64,000 nt of DNA from Chrysomallon squamiferum (Eukaryota > Animalia > Mollusca): positions 8,432,001 to 8,496,000 of the forward strand of contig CM022677.1 in assembly GCA_012295275.1 (NCBI GenBank), read 5' to 3'. The notes beneath the pieces were generated by a model. It was not told the origin of the DNA. It did no database searches and saw only the letters and a list, made by a program, of their open reading frames with translations. The translations under genes were made by a program, and so were the position numbers. Shown here one piece after another: positions 39,701-52,289 of this stretch. Position 1 is the first letter of the stretch. Each line of letters begins with the position of its first letter.

Positions 39701-40900
39701 TCGGGGTCTGTGGCACTGACTATAAGATGTTTTTCAAGTTCTGCTGGATTTGTTGTGCCACCCACAACAAATGTGTGTGGTTTGTTTGCTGCGTGGGATT
39801 TAGCATAGTGACGTCGCAGACCTGAAATTAAAAAAATTATTAAAATTAATAAAATCAATATATTGTTTATTATGCTAGGTTTTATAGCTGCATCTTGTAT
39901 ATCTTGTGCATCTTGTGTAGGTATAGCCTGAATTTGTGTGTCATATATTTGTAAATCACATATAGGTGCATCACGTATTTGTGTATCATGTATAGGTGTG
40001 TAATGTATGTGTACATCATTTACAAGGGTATCATGGATGCATATTATTTATTTGTATATGTGTATCATGTATGTGTGTCATGTGTGTGTATCATGTATAG
40101 ATGTGTCATGTATGTGTATATTGTTTATGAGTGTATTGTGTATGCATATCATTTATGAGTGTATCATGTATAGATGTGTCATGTATGTATGTATCATTTA
40201 TGATTGTAACGTGTATGTTGTTTATGTGTATTATATATAGGTGTATAATGTATTTGTGCATCAGGTATTTGTGTATCATGAATTTTGTGTTGTGCATTTG
40301 TGTATCATGTATGTGTGTGTATATGTATTTTTGTATCATGTTTAGGTAACATTTTTTATGTTTGCATTTACTGTGTACTAATATATACATGTAGGATAGG
40401 TGTATCAGGTATTTGTATTTTAGAATTTTGAATATTCTTATATATGTATGTGTATCTTCACAATGTACTACACATGTGGCACAAATGACTTGTACTCACA
40501 AAGTATATATGTATTTTGTATGTATATGTATATCATTACAATGTGTCTCATCAATTCATACATGCTACATGATACACAGTAGCTGTTTGGATCTCTCACC
40601 TGATTTCCTTGCAAAGTTTTTCCCACACACATCGCATGTATAGTCCTTTCTGCCGAGGTGGGAGTTGATGTGCAGATGCAGCTTGGCACCAGTGTTGTAC
40701 ACTTTGTCACAGATGTTACAACGACAGTGACGTTCTCCTGGATGTTGTCGAAAATGAAGTATCAACTCCTTTTTAGTCGCGAGATCCAGTCCGCACTCAC
40801 AACAGTGAAACAGTTTGTCATTTTCTGTCGGTGCATTTCTGACACAGGTCTCACTTTTTATTATTATTTCACTTTCTGCTGTCTCACTTGATTCAGCCAT
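39649..40900 (-). CDS. Short C2H2 zinc-finger protein (3 fingers), about 157 aa; exons 40900-40600 and 39821-39649
   Basis: CCECG...LILHFRQH, CNICDK...LHLHINSH and CDVCGKNFARKS|GLRRHYAKSH, the third finger completed across a phase-1 GT-AG intron; strong acceptor at 40923-24 upstream of the ATG. Could be a truncated gene. Confidence 0.8.
39890..40580. repeat. TG/TA-rich low-complexity intron sequence
   Basis: Recurring TGTATCATGT-like motifs. Confidence 0.75.
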
Positions 40901-42265
40901 TGATGTCACCCACAATAAGAACCTGTAATAAAAGAAAAGATGGCAATTTAAAATTGTATTACTATTATTTATATTTAGAAGGTAGTATTTTTTCTGGATT
41001 TTAGATTAAGAATTAACAAATTTAAAAAATTTAATAAAAATAATGTAGTTTAGAATTAACTGGTGTCTTGTGTGGTTTTGAAAAAAAAAGAAAAAAATAA
41101 GATAACAACTGGTTTAAGAAGTATATTAAATGTAATCTAAATGGATTTATTTCTTTCTTTTATTGTTCGTTACCAGTTGTTACAGAATTCTTGAAGTTTC
41201 TTACATTTGTGCATCAGGCTAATAACATGTAATTTAACTATTTATCTACCAATCATTAATACAAGGTTCTGCATGTTTTTAATACCTATATATTTTTATA
41301 ATACTTAAATATTTAGTCATTGCAAATGGCAGAAAGATTACCACAGTAACACTAAATTCCACAGTTATTCACTTACTCAAGTTACTGTTTATTTTAATCA
41401 GAATAACTAAAAAAATAGCTTTAGAAGTATATTATTTATTATATATTTTTTTCATTATTATTTTTAAATGCTTTTAAGTAAGTCTTTATCCAGAAAACTA
41501 TTAAAATCCAGAAACTGTTAGTCACAAAGCTTACAGGATAAATGGTCAGTGACAAGTGCAATTAAAAATTGCTATAAGCAAAATCAGCATGATTAGCAGT
41601 TGCACTACAATGGCAACAGAATGCAGCACATATTTGAATGTTACAGTGTTTAGGAGTGTCTGGCTGTGAAGGGTCTGTGGTAAATCTGCTTTCTGCAGCT
41701 AAAAGCTAATAAAATATTTGATATATCCTTCTATCTCTCTCTCTCTCTGTCTCTCTCTATCTGTGTGTGTGTGTGTGTGTGGTAAAAAAGCTATTTCTCA
41801 TAGAACCTACTTTTAAAAGTAAAAATAGTAGCAGTTAATCGTAATCTCTATTATTTTGCAACTGAAATTGTCAAACCTACAGTAAAATTGTATAAAAAAT
41901 CAAACCATGATTCTGAATAGAAAATGAAAATTACACATAATTATATTGAAGTTATATATGTAACAGTTTACTAAATCTCCACTATGAGAAACTGAACCAG
42001 AGTCCTCAGAGTGAGAATTTAATAATATAAGTTTTGTGAAAATGTACTAAATTTATAAATCTCTTGTGAGATTTTAACAAATGAAGTAATGTCAACATTT
42101 CAAATAATAACACAAGTTTATATTCAAAGACAACAGCCATGGAGAGAGGTAGTATGTGCAATCAACTAATTAAAACAAAAAAAAGTAAATATTAGAATTA
42201 TTATTGAAAACTGATAACAGAATAATAATAATAATAAAGGTCAAAAATCAGGAATCTAAACAATA

Positions 42266-43145
42266 TGGTAAGGTGGGACAATTCTGGCCCCCATATTATC
42301 TGGTGAAATCAATAGTTTTTCCATTGTTACAGTCCATTCTGAGTTTTATTTAAGTTTTAAACAAATGAAAGTCCATGGTCCATACAGTGGGGCGCGTCGT
42401 TAAACTTCAAATAAAATCAAGAGGATGAGGCATTGACAGCAGAGGAAAGTGTCAAGCGCTATGAAGAAGAGTTGGCAGAGAAGAAGAAGAAGGAGGAAGA
42501 AAAGGCAAAGAAAACAAAGGTGAGAGAGGCAAAACTACAAAAAAATCAGAAGAAGATACCAAAGTCAAAATGGCAGCTCAATTTGAATGCTACAGCAGAA
42601 CCGGTGGATGCAGTCAAAGAAAACGTTGATGGCGATGAGCCTGAACTAGAAGACAGAGATGTAGTAGATACACAAGAAAAATGTGAACTCTGTGGCAGAG
42701 TTGATGATGGAATGAATTCCGACGAGTTCATAGGATGTGATAGGTGCCCAAATTGGTATTGTCTTGATCCTTGCGCACACCTCGAAATCCCAGCTGGTGC
42801 AGACTTGAATGATATTGTATTCTTGTGTGATATTTGTCAAGGAGTTTAGTTTACTGAAGTTTTGAATCTGACTGGTATTATGATTAGGACTAATTATTAT
42901 TAATAGTAAACAATGGTTATATAGCAATAATCAGTACAACAAATTTGAGGACCAAAATACATCATGAATGTGCGGGCCAGTTTTACCCCAAATCATCGAG
43001 GCATATCTGGCCCCTGACGACAATTTTTAACCTGGTTCCCATTTCAAAAGTATAAGCACTATGCTTATAGTGTTTGTGTATTTTGTCTGTGAAACTGTAG
43101 GTGAGGTTGAATGGAGAAGTGGGCCAGAATTACCCCACCTTACCC
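42266..43145 (+). mobile_element. Internally deleted pogo/Fot1-like (Tc1/mariner superfamily) DNA transposon, 880 bp
   Basis: 25-bp TIR TGGTAAGGTGGGACAATTCTGGCCC vs GGGTAAGGTGGGGTAATTCTGGCCC (22/25), TA on both flanks, subterminal TIR-like copies near 42975 and 43000. Confidence 0.88.
42433..42849 (+). pseudogene. Transposase C-terminal remnant: K/E-rich coil plus PHD-like finger
   Basis: LTAEE...EKKKKEEEK, then CELCG...EFIGCDRCPNWYCLDPC...FLCDIC; lies inside the TIRs; no DDE domain. Confidence 0.75.
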
Positions 43146-44147
43146 TAACTGTTAAAATACTGAGTATAATTATGTAAAAAAAAAAAAAAAAAAAAAAAAT
43201 AATAATTTTACTTTCACATGTTTTATTGTGCCATATAATGTGGAAGTAAATAACTTAATAAGTATACAGATGCAAAAATAATGATTTAAAAAAATAATAA
43301 TAAAAAACGAACAAAAGCACAAAATAAACAATAAAATAAACAACAACAAAAAACCATTAGCATATCAGAGTATAATTTGGATTAATAAAACCATCCATTT
43401 TTTGAAATTATCATACCGACTACGGTCATGATTATCAATCAATATTACATTAAGTGATTAACTGATTAAGACTTCTTCGGCATCTCAAGACAGCTAATAT
43501 TTTGTATATTCTTGATGTAAAGTTTTACTTTAACGTTAATATTAAATTTTTATTTAGATAATTTATTTTATTTTCTTTACCGTAAAGTTGTTTTTTATGT
43601 TCATATCTTTCGTTTTCATGTTTATATATCAACTATAATGTTGATAATATTTTACAAATATATAGATTAGTTGTATTGTTAATAGTACAGGAAAGAAAAC
43701 AAACTGAATATTTGTCACTCGGTCTTCTTTGATTGTGAATGTCAAATGAATGGATATAACGAGAACTTCTAAAGTGTCGGTTATATTTACAATGAAGTGA
43801 ATATCATATTTTAATAAGAATTTATATTTACCTTTAACAAAATAGAATTAGTTCAAACTAATACGAAATTTTCGATACCATTAAAGCAGGCGTCCACATG
43901 AAACAAAATCCGGTTTCAGTAAAATGGAACCGAGTTCCAAGTTGTTATAAATGTATGAATAACGTATTATCCGAAACGAAATTATTTACCTTTTACAGTT
44001 ATTTTTAAATTTATTATAAATGTAATAAATGTTTTTAGCAGAACCAGAAATATAGGAAATATGGGCGAGCGCACGTTAATAGATTTAAAATAACTAAAAA
44101 GGACAGAAACAACAACAACACAAAAAGAAATCCCTCCACAAATGATA

Positions 44148-44192
<45 letters not shown>

Positions 44193-44237
44193 ATAATAAT
44201 AATAATAATAATAATGACATATATTCATGATATAACA

Positions 44238-44282
<45 letters not shown>

Positions 44283-44751
44283 TATTTGTAGTATCTCAAA
44301 TCGCTTGAAAGAGGGTAATCTTGTTAACTCAGTCTTTGTTGGGTTTTTTATTTGTTATTAGCATTTCAATAAAATAATATAAAATTCATTTTTTATATAT
44401 ACTTACTATTCACTGTTGTAAAGGCACCGTTTAAAATTTATTGTTTTTAATTTAATTTATTTTAATTGAAAATTAAATTCAAACTTGTATTATTAAATGA
44501 AAATGCTTTGTTGGAAATGTTCCGGTTTATTTAAAAACACAAATTTATTAATATTTTAAATAATAGATTTTATGTCATTCTGTGTTTGTGCATGGTATGT
44601 TTATGTGTGTGTTTTCATTTCTGGACACGACTAGGCTTTATTTTATTATTTATTTTTATTTAAATTTAAATAAGATAAAATACACTTTAATGTTTTATGC
44701 CTTATCTAGGTTTATTTTTGATGTTTACACAAAACAAACAAAGAAAGAAAG

Positions 44752-44785
<34 letters not shown>

Positions 44786-45596
44786 AAACATACAAATAAA
44801 GAAATTAGTAAATAAAAACTATAATAATAATAATAAGAAGAAAAATTTTAAAATAACAATTAGCAGATTTCTAATAAGGTGTTTCAACTAAATTTCATTA
44901 TTATTTTTATTGAAAGTAACAACAAAATAAATGTTTGTGATTTTATCACTAACAGTAATAATATATGCATTTATTATAGTGATCATACACATATCTTGTT
45001 CTCTGTATGCTTATGGCAAGAGAAAAAAAAAATGTTTCATGGCTAAATAAAATATATATATCCATGTCTATGAACTGTTTTGAATAATAAGACATTTTTT
45101 TTAATATATTTACTCCAAGGCAAGATCCTGTAACAAGAATCTACAGGCAGTGTACATCGTGAGAAAATCAAATAGAGGTACCAAATGATTTATCTGATCT
45201 CCAGAAATTCTGATAAAATGAAGAAAAATATGCAGTTTTTGAAATTGGCTTCTTCAGAATTAGGTTTGGTTTGTTTGAGATTCCATGACACCAGTTTACT
45301 TTTCATCTTCTAACTTATTATTACTTAATACTTGTTTTAGTTTATACTTATTTTTATTTATTACCATGTCTGAAACACATGCATTTTTAAAACTTTTAAG
45401 TGAATTAAAAAATATCAACGAGGCCTATCTTTAGAACTATATTAATTTGTATCAAAAACATTATTTGTTCATTTTTCATTGATTATTTTATAATTTATGT
45501 AAAGATTTAGCTTGTATCCAGATATCAAACATATCCAAAAATGTGGAGTACATAGTACCAGCATTAGCAGTATTTTTATACCAATTTTTTTTTTGT

Positions 45597-45737
45597 GTAC
45601 AACATTAAATGGGTTTTTATGTTTTTGCAGTATTATGTTTTTAACAAATTAAAACATTCATTTTTTTATTGGATATTTTGATCTGAGTATTTTTAATCAG
45701 TTTAATCTATAGTGTGCTGAGCTACAGAGAGAGAGGG
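45597..45737 (+). repeat. ~140-bp unclassified dispersed repeat ending in (GA)n; second copy at ~58083-58230
   Basis: GTACAACATT...AAATTAAAACATT...TATTTTTAATC...ATAGTGTGCTGAGCTA-(GA)n at both sites. Confidence 0.7.
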
Positions 45738-48034
45738 GGGGGAAGCAAAAACAAAGAGAAAAAAGAGTTAAATGCAACTCTATGTAAATTATCAGCAATG
45801 TTTATCAGAACCTTTTTATATACTCATTAAATCTTTGCTAAGTCCTCTGTAAAGACGTGTAAATAATATTTTTCAGTGTAATAGTTAATCCAGATGTTTA
45901 AAGTAAATGAAAACAAGACAGAAAAATGTTTGAGACAAGTTTTATTGTCACAAATTGACAATGTGTCAGTGAGTGAACAATGGTTATATTATTAAAGAAA
46001 TGTTTTACAAAAATATCACAGTTATAAACTTTAGCTAACACTAACAACACAGCTATAATAAAGACATGTAGCGACAAACAAAAACACAGACAGATGAACT
46101 GGGGTTGGATTTTTGTGTTTACTACTTACGCATTTACAGTTCATTGTTTTTTTAATGCTTTCTTAATAAGAAATAAAAATTTAGTATTCTATTCAATATT
46201 TGTTAATTATTTTTACTTCTTTATGTGATACAAATAAACACGGACAGACAGACATATACATGCACATATAAATATATGCATTTACTGTGTGTATGTGTGT
46301 GTTTTATCTTATTAAGAAAGCTGTTATATATAAATAAAAACATTTACAAGCACACACATACAGATACATTAACTGCATGTATGCATGCATGTTTTGTGTG
46401 TGTGTATGTGTGTGTGTGTGTCTATTCATATCATTTAAAGAAGTAAATAAATTAATCAAGATTGAAATACTACATTTTCTAAATTATTTACTGAACAAAC
46501 TGAATTGAAATAAATCACTTTGTTCAAGCAGTAAATTTAAATAAACAACTGAGAAGTTTCAAATCAGTATATTCTTTAATATTAGATTTTAAATGAGAAA
46601 TGTCAAAAGATGTAGGTTAAAAGGTGTTGGTTTAAAATAAAACCAGCCACTATTAAAATAATTTTTTTTTTTTTTTTAGTAAAGGTAGATGTTTAGAATG
46701 TTTGCAGTTTCATCCTCATACTCTTGAAACAAGCACATAAAACAATATTTACAATAGTTATTGCAACTGACACAGATTTACACAAAATGTCTGCCAGGTG
46801 CTCAATCAGCCACCATCAACACACTGAAATGTGCATTATCCCAGTCAACATCTTCACACAGCTCATAGCTACTGTAGTTAAGAAAGAAAAAATATAGTCA
46901 TAAAATAAAGGAAATAATATGAACTTCTAATATGAAATTATTATTACAATAATCATGAATTTACAAAAAGATAGTAAATATTTTACGAAAGAAATAAAGA
47001 AAAGAAAAATCAGTTTTTAATGGGAAATTATTATTATTAAAGAAGCCATAATACAATTTATATACTGTTATGCTGTAGATTGTACATTTGTTGAAAAAAA
47101 AAAGAATTTAACCAGAACTAAATTTGAAAAGAAAGAAAGAAAATAAAAATCTAACTGGAAATTATTATTATGCAAACTAAATTTCTTGACAGTATTTGCT
47201 GAATAAAATAAAAACTCATTTAACTGTATAAAAGTACAATTATTCAAAAAACAATAAAAAATACCCTTATTTATATTACACCAGTATAGAACTTCCTGAT
47301 GTTTGTTAGTTAAATAAAATTTATAATTGTAACTCAAGGAAAAACCCTTTGATTTCAAAGTGGAGATTTTAGGGACTGTGAGACTTTCTGTTTAAGTGAA
47401 TTTTCCTTTCATGTATTGGAATACCTCACTATCAGTTTTTCTATTTTTTCATAGCATATCATCTATTAAAACTTTTCTAGAACTGACCAATAGATTGTCT
47501 TAACCATGATAAGCTTCCTGAAGCTTTCAGGAAAGAATAATAATATATATTTTTTTAAATTCGAGATTGTTTTATTTCACATTCTTCTCAAACTATGCTA
47601 TGAGTTGACACTGATTTGTTTACATGACTAGACATTGAAAATTTTAAAATAACTTAAGGGTTCAAAATATAAAAGAATCCTTATCCGTTTGTTTTCAAAT
47701 ACAGATTTTAGTAAATCTCTAAAACTCATAATGTGGATATTTGAAACATGAAACACTTTTAAAATGATAATTTAAAGTATGGATAAAGAAAATAAATGTT
47801 TAAAATAAATAGACAACAAAGTGAAATTAACAATTTCTCAGTTTTAAAACAATGACCAAATATTTTATGTTATTTATGTACTATCAGTTATTATTAAAAT
47901 AATTATAAAAAGTTAAATTATTATTATTATGAGTATTCAACTATAATATAAAAATCACTGGTCCCATGTTTCATTTGCATGTTTCATTTTCAATTTCAAT
48001 TTCATCATATATTAAAATTAAAATATGAGTAGTT

Positions 48035-48098
<64 letters not shown>

Positions 48099-48540
48099 TT
48101 GTAAATATAAAATCAGATTTATGCAAACAATATAAATATATAATGTTAATGTATGAATTAAACATAAAATAATGTTGAGTAGATTATAAGTATAAAATCA
48201 AATGTATAAAAAATGTTTGCAATTAAAATACAACCCCCAAACAAATTAATGTATGATATAAAAATGTTTTTACTAATAATTCTTAATGTGTATTATAAGT
48301 AAAATTTGTTTAGACCTTGTGATTAATGACAGAATTATGATCTCCAGCTGTGTATAATAATAACATTAATTATAATTATTATAATAATAATATAATAACA
48401 ATAATTTTATGTATAATAATATAATATTATTATAATAATAATATAATAACAATAATAATATGTATAATAATATAATATTATTATGAACATATTTAATAAT
48501 AATAATAATAATATATAATAATAACATTAATTATAATTAT

Positions 48541-48574
<34 letters not shown>

Positions 48575-49166
48575 TAATATTATTATGAACATATTTAATA
48601 ATAATAATAATAACAGGTTCCATATCTGCTTAATGAAGATCTAAGGATAAACATTATTTTGTTTAAACACCTATAAAAATGGAATCTTTTATTAACCAAT
48701 ATTTTATAGATATTTCTTTAAACATAGGCAATGATAAAAACCTTTATAGACACTTTTCCATTTAAATGATTTCTTACACTTGTGCTTAGTCTATAATATT
48801 TTATTAATTTTAATAAAATAAATAAATAAATAAGAACCTGAAAAAAATTTGAGTAGTGTGTTTTATCAAAAATGTTTTTATCTTACATTTAAAAATATCT
48901 CTCCCAGTTTTACAGAATCTATATTATGAAACAGTTATAAAAAATTATATTTCTTTTGAATACTAAACTGAAAGAATACAACGTGAAGACACAACATTTT
49001 AAAAAGGTTTAGTAAAACAACACATGATAAACTGACAACACTTAAACACTTCCAACAAATACAGTAATCATAATGATTAATTAATTCAATTTGTTTTAAT
49101 AGCAATACACAAAAGTTGAGTTACCATAATCAGTAATGTTTATTACTGATTTCTATTATTTCAGTA

Positions 49167-49210
<44 letters not shown>

Positions 49211-49710
49211 GTGTAAAATTTATCATTTCTAAAGCATACACATACACCCACACAACAGTTCAAGCTCCATTTAAAAAGAGCCGTCTAAAACATGCATCAC
49301 ATTAAAACTTAAAATAGTCTTAGATTTTTCTTAAAAGCTATTATTAAACTGTTTCATAAATTATATTATTATCTAAAAATATAAGTTAATAAACAATAAC
49401 AATGTTTTTATATGGAAATATAAAAACTTGTCATGGTTTATTCATTTCTTTACTTTTCTTGATGGAAAGATTTCCTTTTAGATTTTGCTTTTATTCATTG
49501 AGAAATTTATTAGTTAAAATATATATGTAGATACAGTTTATTGAATTTTCATTTGTTTCCTATTATTAGTGTTACATTTTCATTTGCATACTCATATAAA
49601 CTTTATTATATAATAATTTAATTTAGTGGAAATTACAAGATACATTTACTGGAAGAGGTGACTGAAAATACCTGGTTCTTAAAAAAATAAATTAATTAAT
49701 TAACTAATTA

Positions 49711-49747
<37 letters not shown>

Positions 49748-51179
49748 TCATAACAACAACAACAACAACATTGCTATGTTAAAATAAGCAAAATTATAGT
49801 GTAACTCTACAATTTGGGATATTTCAAGATTCTTTTTGAAAACAAATAATATATTTTCTCTGTTATTAAAACTTTAAATGTTGTTAATGAGGTAAATTTA
49901 AGAAGATTTTCTGAAGAATTAACAGTCAGTAAGACGGATCTGTTACATGTACATGTGTTTGTGTGTGTGTTTTAAATATATATTTTGTTTTGTGAAGAGA
50001 CAAAATCTACAAAAGACTTCACATCATCTGTTATCAGTTTGTTTTTTTCACTCATTTTTATTTCTCACAACACTTTGAAAATTGCATATTTTTAATAACC
50101 ACACATATACACAACAAAGCCACTTACAACATTAACAGTTTCTTTGTAACTTATTTCTGTGAATTATATAACATATACTATATGACAGTGGGTTATATAA
50201 AAAAAATATTAATGATTTGTAAATCACATAGTTTTAATTATTATTATTTTTGTTAATATATAAACACACACCATATACTTAATTGTTTGCTTTTTTTTTT
50301 TCTTAATAAGGTGTAGATTTATATAATATTGTGAAATATAACATAAAGTAACTATTTTAATTTAAAAAATGTAATATAATACTGTTTTAAATATTTTTTA
50401 GTTTATACTGCATGAATTGTAACATATTTATTGAATAAAAGTTATTTTTAAAAAGTGACTTAAGTTTATTGTCACCTAGTTATTTACATCAATAATACTT
50501 ATAAACATGAAACATAATATTTTTGTGATATTTTGGTTTTTAAAATGTTTTAAGGAGTTAAGACTTTTTTACATTTTTTATTTTAAATATATAGAATTAA
50601 TAATATAAATAAATAAATATTAATAATAATAGTCATAATAATAATAATATTTTAATAACTTCTTAACTGTAATTAAAAGTTTCCAAGAGCATATAAAACA
50701 TAATAAAATAGATTTTAAATATAATAACCAAATAAAATGTTCTAGTTAGTATGTTTTCACTTCAACAAAATCAGTCTGAATATTCTCTGCAAATATTCCA
50801 TATATTGTATCAGTGATTATTTTTTTAATCAATCTGAAATTAATCATTTTAAATACATCATAAACTCCTTAAGTACATTAAAAGTATAAATATCATATTT
50901 GAATATACTTAGATATTTAACTAAATTAAGTGTAAGAGTTAGTAAATGTTATACAGCTCAGTACATTAAAACTCTAATGTTTCAATAAAATAATAAATTT
51001 TACAGATGATAGTTCAGTATTCGAAGTATTAGAAAACTCTCAAAGTTTTTAACTATACTAATATAATTATTAATATTGCATTGCTGTATTGTAAACATTG
51101 GACCAAGTTGAATACATTACATTGTAGTAGAAAACAAGAAAATACATATATAAAAAAAATCTGACTAGATACAAATTGA

Positions 51180-52256
51180 TTAGCTGACTAATTTTCTGGC
51201 ACTTTCTGCTAGACTAGTAGCACTGGATTTTAAGAGAAACTTTAATCTGTAGTACTCATCCAGACACAATCCATTCACAAACCCGTTCACATTCTTAGCA
51301 AACTGACTCACAGCCACTGCTCTTTCAGTCTCCAGCCAAGACGACATATCCTGTTCCAAACTGCTCCTTGTAACTTCCTCAATAGTCGGATCCTTATTTG
51401 GGCCCCAGAGAATGTACTCAACTACGGATCTGACCTGTGCTAGACATTCTACTTTACGAGGCTCTAGCATCGCCCTTAGTTTCTTCACCATTTCCACAGT
51501 CTGAACATTGGCAGAAAAGTTCTCATCCTCGATATCCTCATCGTCATCAACGCTGTACATATCGGAAGCATCTTTGAGAAGTTGATCTAGAAAGCTACAC
51601 ATTGACTCACCCTGTGGAATGTCACGTGACCTCTGATGTGGCAGAAATGATATGACCTTGCCACGGAGGTCTGGTCGAGAAACGAGAAAAATGTCTCTAA
51701 AATCCCGTTCCGACACTGTGAAGCCCTGATCGAGGCAGTGTGACATGGAACTCAACAGCTGTAGTGTTACTGACAAGATGATGTGCATGTAAGCATCAAG
51801 ATTGTGAGTGAGGGTCTCGCGGAGCAGTGACAAGTGGCTGTCGAGGTTCTCGATTATGTCGAAGTTGCCGACTGCACAAAAACATTTGGCGAGACTGGAG
51901 TCATAAATAGAGTTCTGAACTAGCTGACTTGTTTTGATGAACTCATCAGTGAGGAAGGAGAAAGGAATTGTGTCTGCAAACACAACCACTGGTTTCAGCA
52001 GACTCGGGTGTGTCAGTGACGATGTCTCCGTGGCTGAACGAGAATGAAGCAGCTACAAGAAGATAATATTTATTTCTTATTGACAAGTTGAAAATAATAA
52101 TATAAAACTACAAATAATGGTACTGATAATAATTATATTATGTAATAAAAGTAGAAGTAGTAGTAATATAATAAGACTGATAATGATAAAACATAAATAA
52201 TTGTAATAATAATTATTATTAATATGAATAGTTGTAATAGTGTAGTAGTAGTAGTA

Positions 52257-52289
<33 letters not shown>

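Noticed and set aside
43500-45300. Possible bidirectional promoter, ZNF first exon and a + strand noncoding exon near 45120
   Set aside because: Only isolated splice-like motifs; not supportable without transcript data.
45900-51179. Possible very long 3' UTR of the PEAK-like gene
   Set aside because: Many chance AATAAA motifs in AT-rich DNA; the end cannot be located.
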